Shown piece by piece: positions 18,813-27,700 of a stretch of DNA of 64,000 nt. The DNA lies in assembly GCA_016191105.1 (NCBI GenBank), contig JACPPH010000006.1:32670-96669 (forward strand), written 5' to 3'. The DNA is from Candidatus Saccharimonadota bacterium. GTDB taxonomy: Bacteria > Patescibacteriota > Saccharimonadia > CAILAD01 > BJGX01. Every line of letters begins with the position of its first letter. Position 1 is the first letter of the stretch. The notes under the pieces are model-generated. The model worked only from the letters and a program-made list of their open reading frames with translations, was not told the DNA's origin and did no database searches. A program made the position numbers and the translations under genes.

Positions 18813-19712
18813 TCACGATTGGAGGGCCGTGGCCAGGTTGGAGGCGAGGTTGCGGATGGCCTGCTTGCCGTCGTCGGTGATGATCGGGATCGACCGCGAG
18901 TAGCTGCTCTCGGTTGCCAGACCGATGTTGAAGTTGATCTTCGGTACCTCGTACTCGACTGGCTTTTCAGGTTCGTGACGGTTCTTGTTCTCCCGGAGTC
19001 CGGTCATCATCGAGGCGTGGGTCTGCCAGGCCGGCATCTCGTCCTCGAGCTGCCATGGCTGGACGATGCCGCCGAGGCTCAACGCCACTTCGTAGTCGCC
19101 GACCTGGAATCGGGGGCGACCGAAGTGACGCAGGGGGCCTCCGCGCTCTTCCGTCATGATCTGCTCGACGATCTGCTCACTCGTGCACTCGGCTCCGATC
19201 GTCGTCAGGTTGATGCTGATGACCTCGAAGTCGAAGGTGACAAGCTCGCTGTCGGGCTCGACCTGTGCGGTGACGTCGATGTGCTGAACTGCGCGGTCGA
19301 TCTGGAGGGACTCGGCGAGCCCCACCTCGACCTGGTCACCGACGTAGGCGGCACTGAGATGCAGCAAGAACCAGGTGTCGTCCAGCTTCTGGACCTCGAC
19401 GGTGGTCTTGAAGAACCGACCAACGCCGTCGTAGTCGTAGTGGTAGCTGTACGAGCCCACCGCTTCGATGCCGGCGTCGATCTTGGTGAAGAGGTCGGTC
19501 AGGAACCGATCGTCTCCACCATACATCTCCTCGACGAGCGGCTTCAACAACGCGATCCCGACGCCACCATCCTGGATCAGCTTCTTCTCGGTGGCATTCG
19601 ACCCGGCCGTCTGGCCAGAGGCGAAGAGTCGGAGTGCGTTGCGAACGGCCTCGATCCCTTCGAGTGGGATGCCGCTCAGGTATTCCGTGGTATTGACGGT
19701 GAGGAAGCTCAT
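18813..19712 (-). CDS. Hypothetical protein, GC-rich (~60%), foreign-looking
   Basis: Ribosome-binding site ggaaggag 8 nt upstream of the ATG. Varied amino-acid composition. The antisense 391-aa ORF is an artefact. Confidence 0.55.
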   Translation of the reverse strand: MSFLTVNTTEYLSGIPLEGIEAVRNALRLFASGQTAGSNATEKKLIQDGGVGIALLKPLVEEMYGGDDRFLTDLFTKIDAGIEAVGSYSYHYDYDGVGRFFKTTVEVQKLDDTWFLLHLSAAYVGDQVEVGLAESLQIDRAVQHIDVTAQVEPDSELVTFDFEVISINLTTIGAECTSEQIVEQIMTEERGGPLRHFGRPRFQVGDYEVALSLGGIVQPWQLEDEMPAWQTHASMMTGLRENKNRHEPEKPVEYEVPKINFNIGLATESSYSRSIPIITDDGKQAIRNLASNLATALQS

Positions 19713-19830
19713 GGCTTCACTCCTTCCTGTAGGTGTGGGGTGCGACCGCTTTCACGGCCCTAGACTTACTAGAGATGCTGACAATGTTACCATAAGTAAT
19801 TTAGTTTGTCAATACCCTGGTGTTAATCCC

Positions 19831-20286
19831 TTATCGGAGTACTGGTGATCCGTTGAGCTTCCATCTGTTGTATTCGGGAGTTAGTATTTCTCTCCAGTAG
19901 GCAGCGTTTTCGAGTATTAGGTGTAAATTATTGCGTATTCGCTCCACCATGGGAGACTCAGAGTCATTTTCTGGGTCTTTTTTGGTACTTGCTAACCTGA
20001 TAAGTGGACTAATTTGCTGGGTGTAAACTTTTCCATCTTTTTTAACTACAAAATCCTGTGGAAATACCAATTGTTTACACCTCAAGCCTATCATCGTGTG
20101 GTTCAACTGCCAGTACTTTTTAGTCATGTTGTTGATAAAGCCGATGGAGAAGTGTACAAACTCCGATAGATCCTTTTCTACGTTCTTGACCCCATTAATC
20201 TCTTTTTTGTTTTCAACAAGGCTCTGTTTTACCTTTTCGATTGCTTGTTTAGTATAGTCAGCGAGTTCGGGACTATTTGCCAACAA
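19831..20286 (-). CDS. Hypothetical protein (AT-rich module)
   Basis: 151-aa ORF, ~38% GC, downstream of the Fic gene and on the same strand. Confidence 0.4.
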   Translation of the reverse strand: MLANSPELADYTKQAIEKVKQSLVENKKEINGVKNVEKDLSEFVHFSIGFINNMTKKYWQLNHTMIGLRCKQLVFPQDFVVKKDGKVYTQQISPLIRLASTKKDPENDSESPMVERIRNNLHLILENAAYWREILTPEYNRWKLNGSPVLR

Positions 20287-20291
20287 GGTTA

Positions 20292-20477
20292 TTAGCCTAC
20301 TTTCTGTTCCTGAAGCTCAATAGACCGCGTCTCGAGCCGTTTAAGATACTCAAGCTTAGTTTGTTGTCTCTGACGCCAAACTGTATCAAGGGTGGTCTCT
20401 AGATCCGTACAGCCCAAGGAGAAGGCTTCATCCAGCTTATCTAAGACCGATTTAGTCATAACACTGGGGCTAGTCAT
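20292..20477 (-). CDS. Small hypothetical protein (61 aa) between the Fic gene and the 151-aa ORF
   Basis: ORF only. It might be a Fic-associated partner. Confidence 0.3.
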   Translation of the reverse strand: MTSPSVMTKSVLDKLDEAFSLGCTDLETTLDTVWRQRQQTKLEYLKRLETRSIELQEQKVG

Positions 20478-20587
20478 AGTACCTACGGTATACTCCTGTA
20501 TAGCGTACTACGGGCAAATTTGAAGACATCCAAAGAGACTCCTTTATCTTGTAAGTAGGGGCGGTAGGTGATAACTAACCCAACCTT

Positions 20588-21709
20588 CTAGCTTATTAGA
20601 GTTAGTAGTTTTGGAAAATAGTAGACAGTGGCACCCTTTGTGCCTCTAACAGATCTTATGGAATCGATCACCCTATCTTCTAATAATCTGTTAACCAAGG
20701 AACTGGCAGTAATTCTAGAGATTTTCAGTGTCTTTATTACATGGGAGATTTGGAATACTGGTGTTTCAAATATCATGTTAACCATTCTGTTCATATTGGG
20801 GGATTGTGAACCTTCGTACCTATCAAGCAATATCTCATTTAGCTTGGTTATCTTTTCTACAAGACTGATCGATATGCCACACTGTTCCTTTAAGGATTCC
20901 AGGAAGAATATTATCCAAGGGGTGATGTCGCCAGTTGTGTCAACATAGTGAAGCATCTGACGGTATTCCTTTGCTTTTTTCTCGAAGTATTCACTGGTGT
21001 AAAGGACGGGGGCAGAAAGTGCACCCTGGTATTGAAGAAGGGCAGGGATTAACATTCTACCAATTCTTCCATTCCCATCCTCAAATGGGTGGATAGCCTC
21101 AAACTGATAGTGGAAGATTGCAGTTTTTATCAAGGGCGTCTCATCTGTGGAGTTAAAATAGTCAACCAGATTATCCATATATCCTTCCACAGCGGTGTAG
21201 AAAGGTGGAACATAGGTAGCTTTTTGTATGGAAGTGCTCTTGTTTTTACCTATCCAAACATCTTTTGACCTAAATTTACCAAGAGCTCCGTTATGAGGGG
21301 TTCTATGTAAGAGAACATAGTGAAGTTGACGTATCTGGTATTTTGAAATGCCGCCCTTTTGATCTTTTATCTTCATAGCAAGACGCATCGCATCACGATA
21401 ATTTGCAACTACGATGGTATCTTGTTGGGGCGCTTTGCCTGTTGCGTCAAGAATGAAAACATCCTTAGAATCGGTGATTGTACCTTCTATCTTGGAGCTT
21501 AGAGAAGCCTCTCTTGTTAGTAGGGGCTTTATCAAGTGTTCTGCATTAGATATTTTACTGTGTGCAGTTTGGAGCATACCTAATGCATACGAAGCTTCCG
21601 CTAACTGCCGGTAGTACTTGCTGGGATCAAGATTTTTTAAGGGTAAGTATGATGGTTGACCGTATTTTACATTCATGATATATAACTTTCTATGAATATT
21701 ATACATCAT
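20588..21709 (-). CDS. Fic/Doc-family protein (AMPylase-type toxin-like), with a putative N-terminal auto-inhibitory motif
   Basis: HPFEDGNGRIGRMLIPALL matches HPFx[DE]GNGRxxR. SSKIEG matches [ST]xxxE[GN] near residue 70. AT-rich promoter upstream at 21710-21760. Confidence 0.85.
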   Translation of the reverse strand: MMYNIHRKLYIMNVKYGQPSYLPLKNLDPSKYYRQLAEASYALGMLQTAHSKISNAEHLIKPLLTREASLSSKIEGTITDSKDVFILDATGKAPQQDTIVVANYRDAMRLAMKIKDQKGGISKYQIRQLHYVLLHRTPHNGALGKFRSKDVWIGKNKSTSIQKATYVPPFYTAVEGYMDNLVDYFNSTDETPLIKTAIFHYQFEAIHPFEDGNGRIGRMLIPALLQYQGALSAPVLYTSEYFEKKAKEYRQMLHYVDTTGDITPWIIFFLESLKEQCGISISLVEKITKLNEILLDRYEGSQSPNMNRMVNMIFETPVFQISHVIKTLKISRITASSLVNRLLEDRVIDSIRSVRGTKGATVYYFPKLLTLIS

Positions 21710-22024
21710 ACATTATGTTTGTATATACACTATATATCTTTTCTTGGAGAAGGTACTATGTGGGTGTCATTCCCTCAACGGAGTAGAGCAGATCTGTCGA
21801 GCTTATACCTCTCATAATCCGAGTACAGCAGTTCTCTCCAGTAGGTTATGTTTTCAGATAAAGCTTGCCAACTTTTTGCTATCCTCTCCACCAAAGAAAG
21901 ATCAGATTAAACCTGGTCTCTTTTTTGATTGACAAATATACTTTAATCTTATAAAATAGTGGCGTTCTTGAATCTGTCGTCTGGTGAACCATTCACCACA
22001 GATTCAGAAGAAAGCAGGTCTACA

Positions 22025-22261
22025 ATGGGTGCACGAAATGCAGCCGACGACCCAACCAAGAAACCCCTCCACGCCTACCTGAGCAAAAAAGCTCACGATG
22101 CTTGGCAGGAGGCGAGCGATGAAGCTGGTGTGAGCATGTCCGCTCTTCTAGAGGCCATTGGCCTTAGTTGGGCGGAAAAGCCACCGACAGAAGACGCTGA
22201 GTGGTTCGACGCCATCGCAGGCCGGGCGCGCAAAATCGATACCTTTCGTCGCCGGCGCTAG
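22025..22261 (+). CDS. Hypothetical small protein, GC-rich
   Basis: MGARNAADDPTKKPLHAYLSKKAHDAWQEASDEAGVSMSALLEAIGL… may be a ribbon-helix-helix-type or DNA-binding small protein. Confidence 0.35.
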   Translation: MGARNAADDPTKKPLHAYLSKKAHDAWQEASDEAGVSMSALLEAIGLSWAEKPPTEDAEWFDAIAGRARKIDTFRRRR

Positions 22262-22273
22262 AGGAGGAGCTCA

Positions 22274-22599
22274 TGGCAACCACGCTATTGTTCAAGGCCG
22301 GCCAGCAAGTAATCTGGAACCCGACACTCGATGGCAACAAACAGCTTGCAGAGCTCCAGCGCGCATACAGCGCAGGGCCGTTCAGGGTGGTTGAGGTGCG
22401 TTCTTGCGGTCAGTCACCTTGCAACTGTGGCAGCCCACCTGGCTACCCGCATAGTTCGAGCTGCCCCAAGGGACTCGGTCGGTTGCTCGGTCACCCCCAG
22501 TGGCTAATCTTGACCGATCTGCAAGGCCGACCCATCAACAGCTGCTTCCACGACATGGGTCCGGTGCAACTTTCGGGCCGCTGGTTCGCAGCAACCTGA
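22274..22599 (+). CDS. Hypothetical protein, GC-rich, cysteine-containing
   Basis: ATG at 22274 preceded by GGAGGAG. 108 aa. Confidence 0.4.
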
Positions 22600-22633
22600 G
22601 CCAAACACAACTACAAGGAGGGAATACCCACGG

Positions 22634-22680
22634 AAAAGACCACGCGGTCCACCAGTCCGTGGGTCTTTTCGTTTATAGAA
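22634..22680 (+). terminator. Rho-independent terminator
   Basis: aagaccacgcggtccaccagtccgtgggtcttttcgttta. Confidence 0.5.
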
Positions 22681-22870
22681 CAAGCCGTTGTGGTACTGAC
22701 CTCTCTATATCTGCACAGCCTTGCTTTTAAAAGAATAGACCGACTAAGGCCTTGCTATAAGCTAGTAGTCATTTTTTTTGTACAGATTGACTTTTTAACT
22801 ACAAAGGACAACAATAATAGCAACTTGTCCGAAAGGCGGACTTGTAGCTCCAGGAAGGTGGTTAGCGACC

Positions 22871-23251
22871 ATGTCCAAGATAGCAACCGAAAGTCGGGTG
22901 CAGAAGGCAAAGCCTTCGCGCCACGGCGTGCCAACCAGGGAGAGCATGATCGGCGACATCGTCGACGAACTGGGATGCAGCCTCGACGACGCGAACCTCA
23001 CCGTCACGATCATCGACCGGATCGGCGCGAAGCTGCGAGCCGGCCAGAGCCGGGTGCAGATCGACACCTGGGCCGAGTTCAACGCTGTGCATCCTTTGCT
23101 CAACCAGATCATGCCGCCCGGGCAACGAGCGCCCCAGGCCGGCACTCTGCACGCCAAGGCCAACGCCTACGCCAGCCGTGACAAGCAAGTCGCACTGGTG
23201 CACGTCGGCAGCAAGAACTGCATCATCATCGCCGACGACGTCGTCGTCTGA
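22871..23251 (+). CDS. Hypothetical protein, GC-rich
   Basis: Ribosome-binding site aggaaggtgg before the ATG. 126 aa. Confidence 0.45.
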   Translation: MSKIATESRVQKAKPSRHGVPTRESMIGDIVDELGCSLDDANLTVTIIDRIGAKLRAGQSRVQIDTWAEFNAVHPLLNQIMPPGQRAPQAGTLHAKANAYASRDKQVALVHVGSKNCIIIADDVVV

Positions 23252-23426
23252 TCGGCAACATCTCGATCATCTAGCGCTTCGCCGCGCGAATGGGGCATCC
23301 CTCTACGCCCCCGACAGAGCCCTCGCTCCCGCCGGGGGCTTTGTCGTTACATTTGTTATAATAATGGCTGAGATCTATAGGGCGGCCAACAGGCCGCTTA
23401 TCCGTTCCAAGACAAGGGAGAGGGAC

Positions 23427-23996
23427 ATGACCCGACCATATCGAATCCAGGTCGTATCTGTAGGTGTGGGCAAATCGCAGGTGATTGGCGCCAAGCCAAG
23501 CGGAGAGGAATGGTCTTCGGCCATTCACAAGGAGCCTGTCAGCTCTCGTAGCCTATGGGTTGATCGCAACGGCCTCGAAGGGGATACCCAGGTAGACAGG
23601 AGGGTGCACGGTGGTGACGACAAGGCAGTGTATGCATATCCTAGCGAGCACCTAAAGGCGTGGGCTGAGGAAGTCGGTCGTGAGATCACCGCGGCTGAGC
23701 TAGGAGTGAACCTGCTAGTAGAGGGTGTGACAGAAGAGACTGCGAGGATCGACGACAAGTGGTGGTGGAACGGTGTAAGGCTGATCATCACCAAGCCCCG
23801 TCAGCCCTGCAACACTCTGAGACATCACACCGGGATTCAAGACATCCGGCTGAGGATGAAAAACAACGGTTTCTGTGGCTGGTATCTGAGGGTGCTGCAG
23901 CCGGGCAGGGGTCTCACCAGCGGTGACATCTCAGTTACCCCTGGTTATGGGCCGACAGTTGCCGAGGTCTTTGCTGGAAAGACCTTCGAAACCTAA
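23427..23996 (+). CDS. MOSC-domain protein (YiiM-like)
   Basis: Ribosome-binding site aagggagaggga, then ATG at 23427. The central region has …VHGGDDKAVYAY… and a conserved Cys (QPCNTL) typical of MOSC. Confidence 0.75.
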   Translation: MTRPYRIQVVSVGVGKSQVIGAKPSGEEWSSAIHKEPVSSRSLWVDRNGLEGDTQVDRRVHGGDDKAVYAYPSEHLKAWAEEVGREITAAELGVNLLVEGVTEETARIDDKWWWNGVRLIITKPRQPCNTLRHHTGIQDIRLRMKNNGFCGWYLRVLQPGRGLTSGDISVTPGYGPTVAEVFAGKTFET

Positions 23997-24178
23997 GGAC
24001 ACCACGCAGGCGCGTAGAGGTCTTCACAAGCCGTCAGAAGGGTGACAACAGTCGCTTTTCGGGCGGCTGTTGTTATTTATAGAGGCTTTGCATATAATAT
24101 ACGAGACAACGGGCGGGCAAATCAGCCCGCTTTTTGCGAATTGACCCCACAAGTGAATCGAAAGAAGGAGGGCCTGTC

Positions 24179-24637
24179 ATGGCCAAACCAAAAGTAGCAG
24201 TCCTGATGGGCTCGCCCAACGACATGGACAAGATGAAGCCGGCGGCCGACACACTGGAGCGCTTCGGACTTGAGGCCGATGTGCGGGTGCTGTCCGCTCA
24301 CCGTAACCCCGATCAGGTGGTGGAGCTGGTGAGCACCGCACGTGAGAACGGCTACGCGGCACTCATCTGCGGTGCTGGCATGGCGGCTCATCTGGCCGGC
24401 GTATGCGCCGCCCACACCACCTTGCCGGTGGTGGGGGTCCCCTTGAGCGGTGGTGCTCTGAACGGCGTCGATGCGCTCTACAGCACTGTACAGATGCCCA
24501 AGGGGATCCCGGTGGCCACCGTGGCCATCGATGGTGCCATGAACGCCGCCCTACTGGTGGCGGAAATGCTGGCCATCACCGACGAGACCCTGCAGGACAC
24601 TCTCTACTTGTATCGCCAAGAGCTCGCCAACAAGTAG
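24179..24637 (+). CDS. purE: N5-carboxyaminoimidazole ribonucleotide mutase (class I PurE)
   Basis: VAVLMGSPNDMDKM…AHRNPD…GAGMAAHLAG. 152 aa. Ribosome-binding site gaaggag. ~65% GC. Confidence 0.9.
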   Translation: MAKPKVAVLMGSPNDMDKMKPAADTLERFGLEADVRVLSAHRNPDQVVELVSTARENGYAALICGAGMAAHLAGVCAAHTTLPVVGVPLSGGALNGVDALYSTVQMPKGIPVATVAIDGAMNAALLVAEMLAITDETLQDTLYLYRQELANK

Positions 24638-24667
24638 TCCGACCCCAACCCAACGGAAGGAAATTCC

Positions 24668-25561
24668 ATGAACACTATCGATTTGCCGCTGCTGTCCTCG
24701 AACAAGGTGCGGGATGTCTACGACGCCGGCGACGGGAGGCTTCTGCTGGTCACCAGCGATCGCCTCAGTGCCTTCGACGTTGTGATGAATCAGCAGGTGA
24801 AGTACAAGGGCATAGTGCTCAACCTGATGTCGGAGTGGTGGTTCAACTTCTTCGGTGATACGCCCAACCACATGATCACCACCGATCTGGCCAAGATGCC
24901 ACCAGGAGTGCCACGCGTTCCTGAGCTCAAGGGTCGAGTGATGCTTTGCCGCAAGGCCGAGATGCTGCCCATCGAATGCATCGTGCGTGGCTACATCACT
25001 GGTTCGGGCTGGAAGGACTACAAGCGCGACGGTGCAGTCTGTGGTCACCAACTGCCCGAGGGGCTGCTGGAGTCGCAGAAGCTGCCCGAGACGCTGTTCA
25101 CGCCCTCTACCAAGTTCGAAGCCAAGGATCGCAACATCGAACTCGACGAGGCAATGTCGCTCACAGAGGAGCGATTCTCGGGGAGAGGGGAGAGCTTGGT
25201 GTTGTCGGCACGCACCATGACCACCAACCTCTACGAGGAGGGTGCGGAGTGGGCGGCCGAACGCGGCATCATCATCGCCGACACCAAGTTCGAGGTCGGG
25301 GTGGTAGACGGTGAGCTGACCGTCTGCGACGAGATCCTGACTCCTGATAGCAGCCGGTTCTGGCCGGCTGATCAATGGGTGCCAGGCACAACGCCACCTA
25401 GCTTCGACAAGCAGCCTGTGCGTGACCACCTGGATGCCTCAGACTGGGACAAGGAACCTCCACCACCCGATCTTCCAGATGAGGTGGTGGAGGCAACCAG
25501 CGGCCGATACGTCGAGGCATACAAGCGGATCACCGGCAGCACGCTCCCACTGGCCGCCTGA
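24668..25561 (+). CDS. purC: Phosphoribosylaminoimidazole-succinocarboxamide (SAICAR) synthase
   Basis: KVRDVYD…LLVTSDRLSAFDVVM… is typical of PurC. 297 aa. Confidence 0.9.
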   Translation: MNTIDLPLLSSNKVRDVYDAGDGRLLLVTSDRLSAFDVVMNQQVKYKGIVLNLMSEWWFNFFGDTPNHMITTDLAKMPPGVPRVPELKGRVMLCRKAEMLPIECIVRGYITGSGWKDYKRDGAVCGHQLPEGLLESQKLPETLFTPSTKFEAKDRNIELDEAMSLTEERFSGRGESLVLSARTMTTNLYEEGAEWAAERGIIIADTKFEVGVVDGELTVCDEILTPDSSRFWPADQWVPGTTPPSFDKQPVRDHLDASDWDKEPPPPDLPDEVVEATSGRYVEAYKRITGSTLPLAA

Positions 25562-25595
25562 GCCAACAACAGCAATATCGCAAGCAATGGGTCGC

Positions 25596-25645
25596 AAGAC
25601 CCCGAAAAGGACTTCGGAATTTTCCGTCACCCATTTCGGGGTTCT
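25596..25645 (+). terminator. Rho-independent terminator after purC
   Basis: aagaccccgaaaaggacttcggaattttccgtcacccatttcggggttcttttcgttta. Confidence 0.55.
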
Positions 25646-25979
25646 TTTCGTTTAAGCAAAATTTGCTATTGGCATGTCGGCATTTGGCGTTGTGCAAAAA
25701 GTTGGCCAAGGCCAAATAAAATTCGTAGCGTCTAAAAAATTAAATGTAAAAATTGTTAAAAATGTTTTGGGCAAATTTAGTACAGTATAAAAAAAGCAGG
25801 TTAGCGTTTGCCCGGGGGCGTTGCTAACCTGTTGGAAGAGCTTTGTTTTTGTTTTTGAGTAATTTATGTGTGCAGCACTAATACAATAATAGCGCTTATG
25901 CTGAGTACCTGTCAACAACTTTTTTGAACTTTTTTATAAGTTTTTTAATACAAAATTTTATTCGTGCACCCCCCAACAA

Positions 25980-26984
25980 TTATAATTGGCCGTCGCGGGC
26001 GAGTGAGTTGAGCGCCAAGCGCTCAATAAATGCAATTTGAGCCGGCGCAATATTACGCTTTTTGCCACGCCACGTACTCAGCGCTGGTTCTTGCACGGCC
26101 CGTGAATACGAAAAGCTAATTGGCCAAGGCTCTTTGCCGGCCCGGGCAATGGCGTTGAGATCCTCGGTAGCTTGCCGAGGAGTCTGCCCACCAGATAGAA
26201 AGACGATTCCGGCTACCTCCTTGGGCACCCGCTGGCGTAACACCCTTACAGTAGCTTTGGCCACATCTGATGGGCTAGACGGCCTAGAGCTGTCGTGGCC
26301 AGCCAAAACCATACTGGTTTTTAAAATAACACCCTTAAGATCGACCCGATAAGCAATTAACAGATCGAACAGCACTCGCAACACCTGGGAAACCACTTGC
26401 TCGCAGGTTTCTAGGCTGTGATTGCCCTCATATAGCACCTCAGGTTCGACGATTGGCACCATACCGGCCGACTGAACCAAGCAGGCATAGCGAGCCATCT
26501 GGTTGAGATTGGCGTGAATAGCCGCGGCAGTTGGCAGGCGTAATTTAGAGTCTATCTGAAAAGCTGCCCGCCACTTGGTAAAGCGAGCGCCCATTTTGTA
26601 GTATTCGTCGAGGCGTTCGGCCAGGCCATCTAGGCCTTCGGTAATGGTCTCGGGCTCGAAGTTGGTGAAGGGGACTAAGCCTTTGTCGACCTTAATGCCC
26701 ACAGCTATACCTTGCCTTCGCAAATATTTGGTAAACTTAATACCAGAGTTGGTTTTTTGGCGAATGGTCTCGTCGTATAGAATAACTCCACTAATATATT
26801 GTGCGAAGTTAGGTGCAGTAAATAGCAAATGGCGATATCGGCGCCGCATTTCGGGCGAACTGGGTATGCGCAAGGCTGCAAACCGCTTCTCGGCCGACTT
26901 ATTGCTTTCATCGGCTGCCAGCAGGCCCCTAGGGTCGGCCATAAGATCCTTGGCTATCTTGGCTAAATCACTATTAGCGCTCAT
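25980..26984 (-). CDS. fba: Fructose-bisphosphate aldolase, class I
   Basis: GLLAADES…, LKGVILKTSMV (active-site Lys region) and IVFLSGGQ. Confidence 0.85.
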   Translation of the reverse strand: MSANSDLAKIAKDLMADPRGLLAADESNKSAEKRFAALRIPSSPEMRRRYRHLLFTAPNFAQYISGVILYDETIRQKTNSGIKFTKYLRRQGIAVGIKVDKGLVPFTNFEPETITEGLDGLAERLDEYYKMGARFTKWRAAFQIDSKLRLPTAAAIHANLNQMARYACLVQSAGMVPIVEPEVLYEGNHSLETCEQVVSQVLRVLFDLLIAYRVDLKGVILKTSMVLAGHDSSRPSSPSDVAKATVRVLRQRVPKEVAGIVFLSGGQTPRQATEDLNAIARAGKEPWPISFSYSRAVQEPALSTWRGKKRNIAPAQIAFIERLALNSLARDGQL

Positions 26985-27083
26985 GCTTACAATATTAGCA
27001 CGTACACCAGGAAATATTAAGTATTTTGATAGAGCAATCTTGTAATCTCTACAGAATGTTTATGCTATAGCACAAAGTATAAG

Positions 27084-27533
27084 TTACTTTGACTGCCCAA
27101 CTTCACGGTCAGCATCGCGCAGCATATCGTGTTTTTTAATCTGTTGGCGTTTGTCAAACTGCTTCTTGCCACGGCCGGCCCCAAGCTCAACTTTTACCAA
27201 ACCGCGCTCAACACCAACGCTTAGTGGCACCACGGCCATGCCACCAGACTGCACTAAGCCTTGCAGCTCATTGAGCTCACGCCTATGCAGCAGAATTTTG
27301 CGACTTTGGGTGGGCTCGTAGTCTTTGAGCCCAGTAGCGTGTTTATAGGGGGTGATGTGGGCATTGGTAAGCCAAGCTTCGCCGCCGCGAAAGCTTACAA
27401 AGCTACCTTTGAGGCTGATAGCCCCAGATTTTACACTTTTAACTTCGTGACCAGCCAATACTAAGCCAGCCAAGACCGTTTTAGCGATGTCGTAGTCATA
27501 GCGGGCCCGTTTGTTGCTGGCTACAATCTTCAT
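27084..27533 (-). CDS. smpB: SsrA-binding protein SmpB
   Basis: NKRARYDYDI…LAGHEVKSVK…GEAWLTNAHITPY…SRKILLHRRELNEL…GKKQFDKRQ. I chose the ATG at 27533. Confidence 0.9.
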   Translation of the reverse strand: MKIVASNKRARYDYDIAKTVLAGLVLAGHEVKSVKSGAISLKGSFVSFRGGEAWLTNAHITPYKHATGLKDYEPTQSRKILLHRRELNELQGLVQSGGMAVVPLSVGVERGLVKVELGAGRGKKQFDKRQQIKKHDMLRDADREVGQSK

Positions 27534-27700
27534 AAGCTCAATTATAGCGTATAAACCCTGCAATCAGATACAACAACTTCTGCATTTGGCGCATTACTGT
27601 GTTGCTCACTACGCTACTCCTTTGGCGTACGATTTTGTACGCTGCCGTCCGTTGCTTACTCGCACCTTGTACTGCACTCAAATCAGAAGTCTTGTATAAT

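Noticed and set aside
18588-19763. 391-aa plus-strand ORF beginning inside IR-B'
   Set aside because: It is antisense to the better-supported 18813-19712 minus-strand gene, which has a ribosome-binding site and a normal composition. Its translation is the L/D/G/V/R-rich junk typical of a GC-rich antisense frame.
22690-23203. Overlapping Arg-rich ORFs (22690-23181 plus strand, 22795-23163 and 22862-23203 minus strand)
   Set aside because: Low-complexity Arg/Pro-rich translations in GC-rich DNA. The 22871-23251 frame has a ribosome-binding site and a better composition.
24551-25429. 292-aa minus-strand ORF
   Set aside because: It is antisense to purC, which has a clear family match. It is a high-GC artefact.
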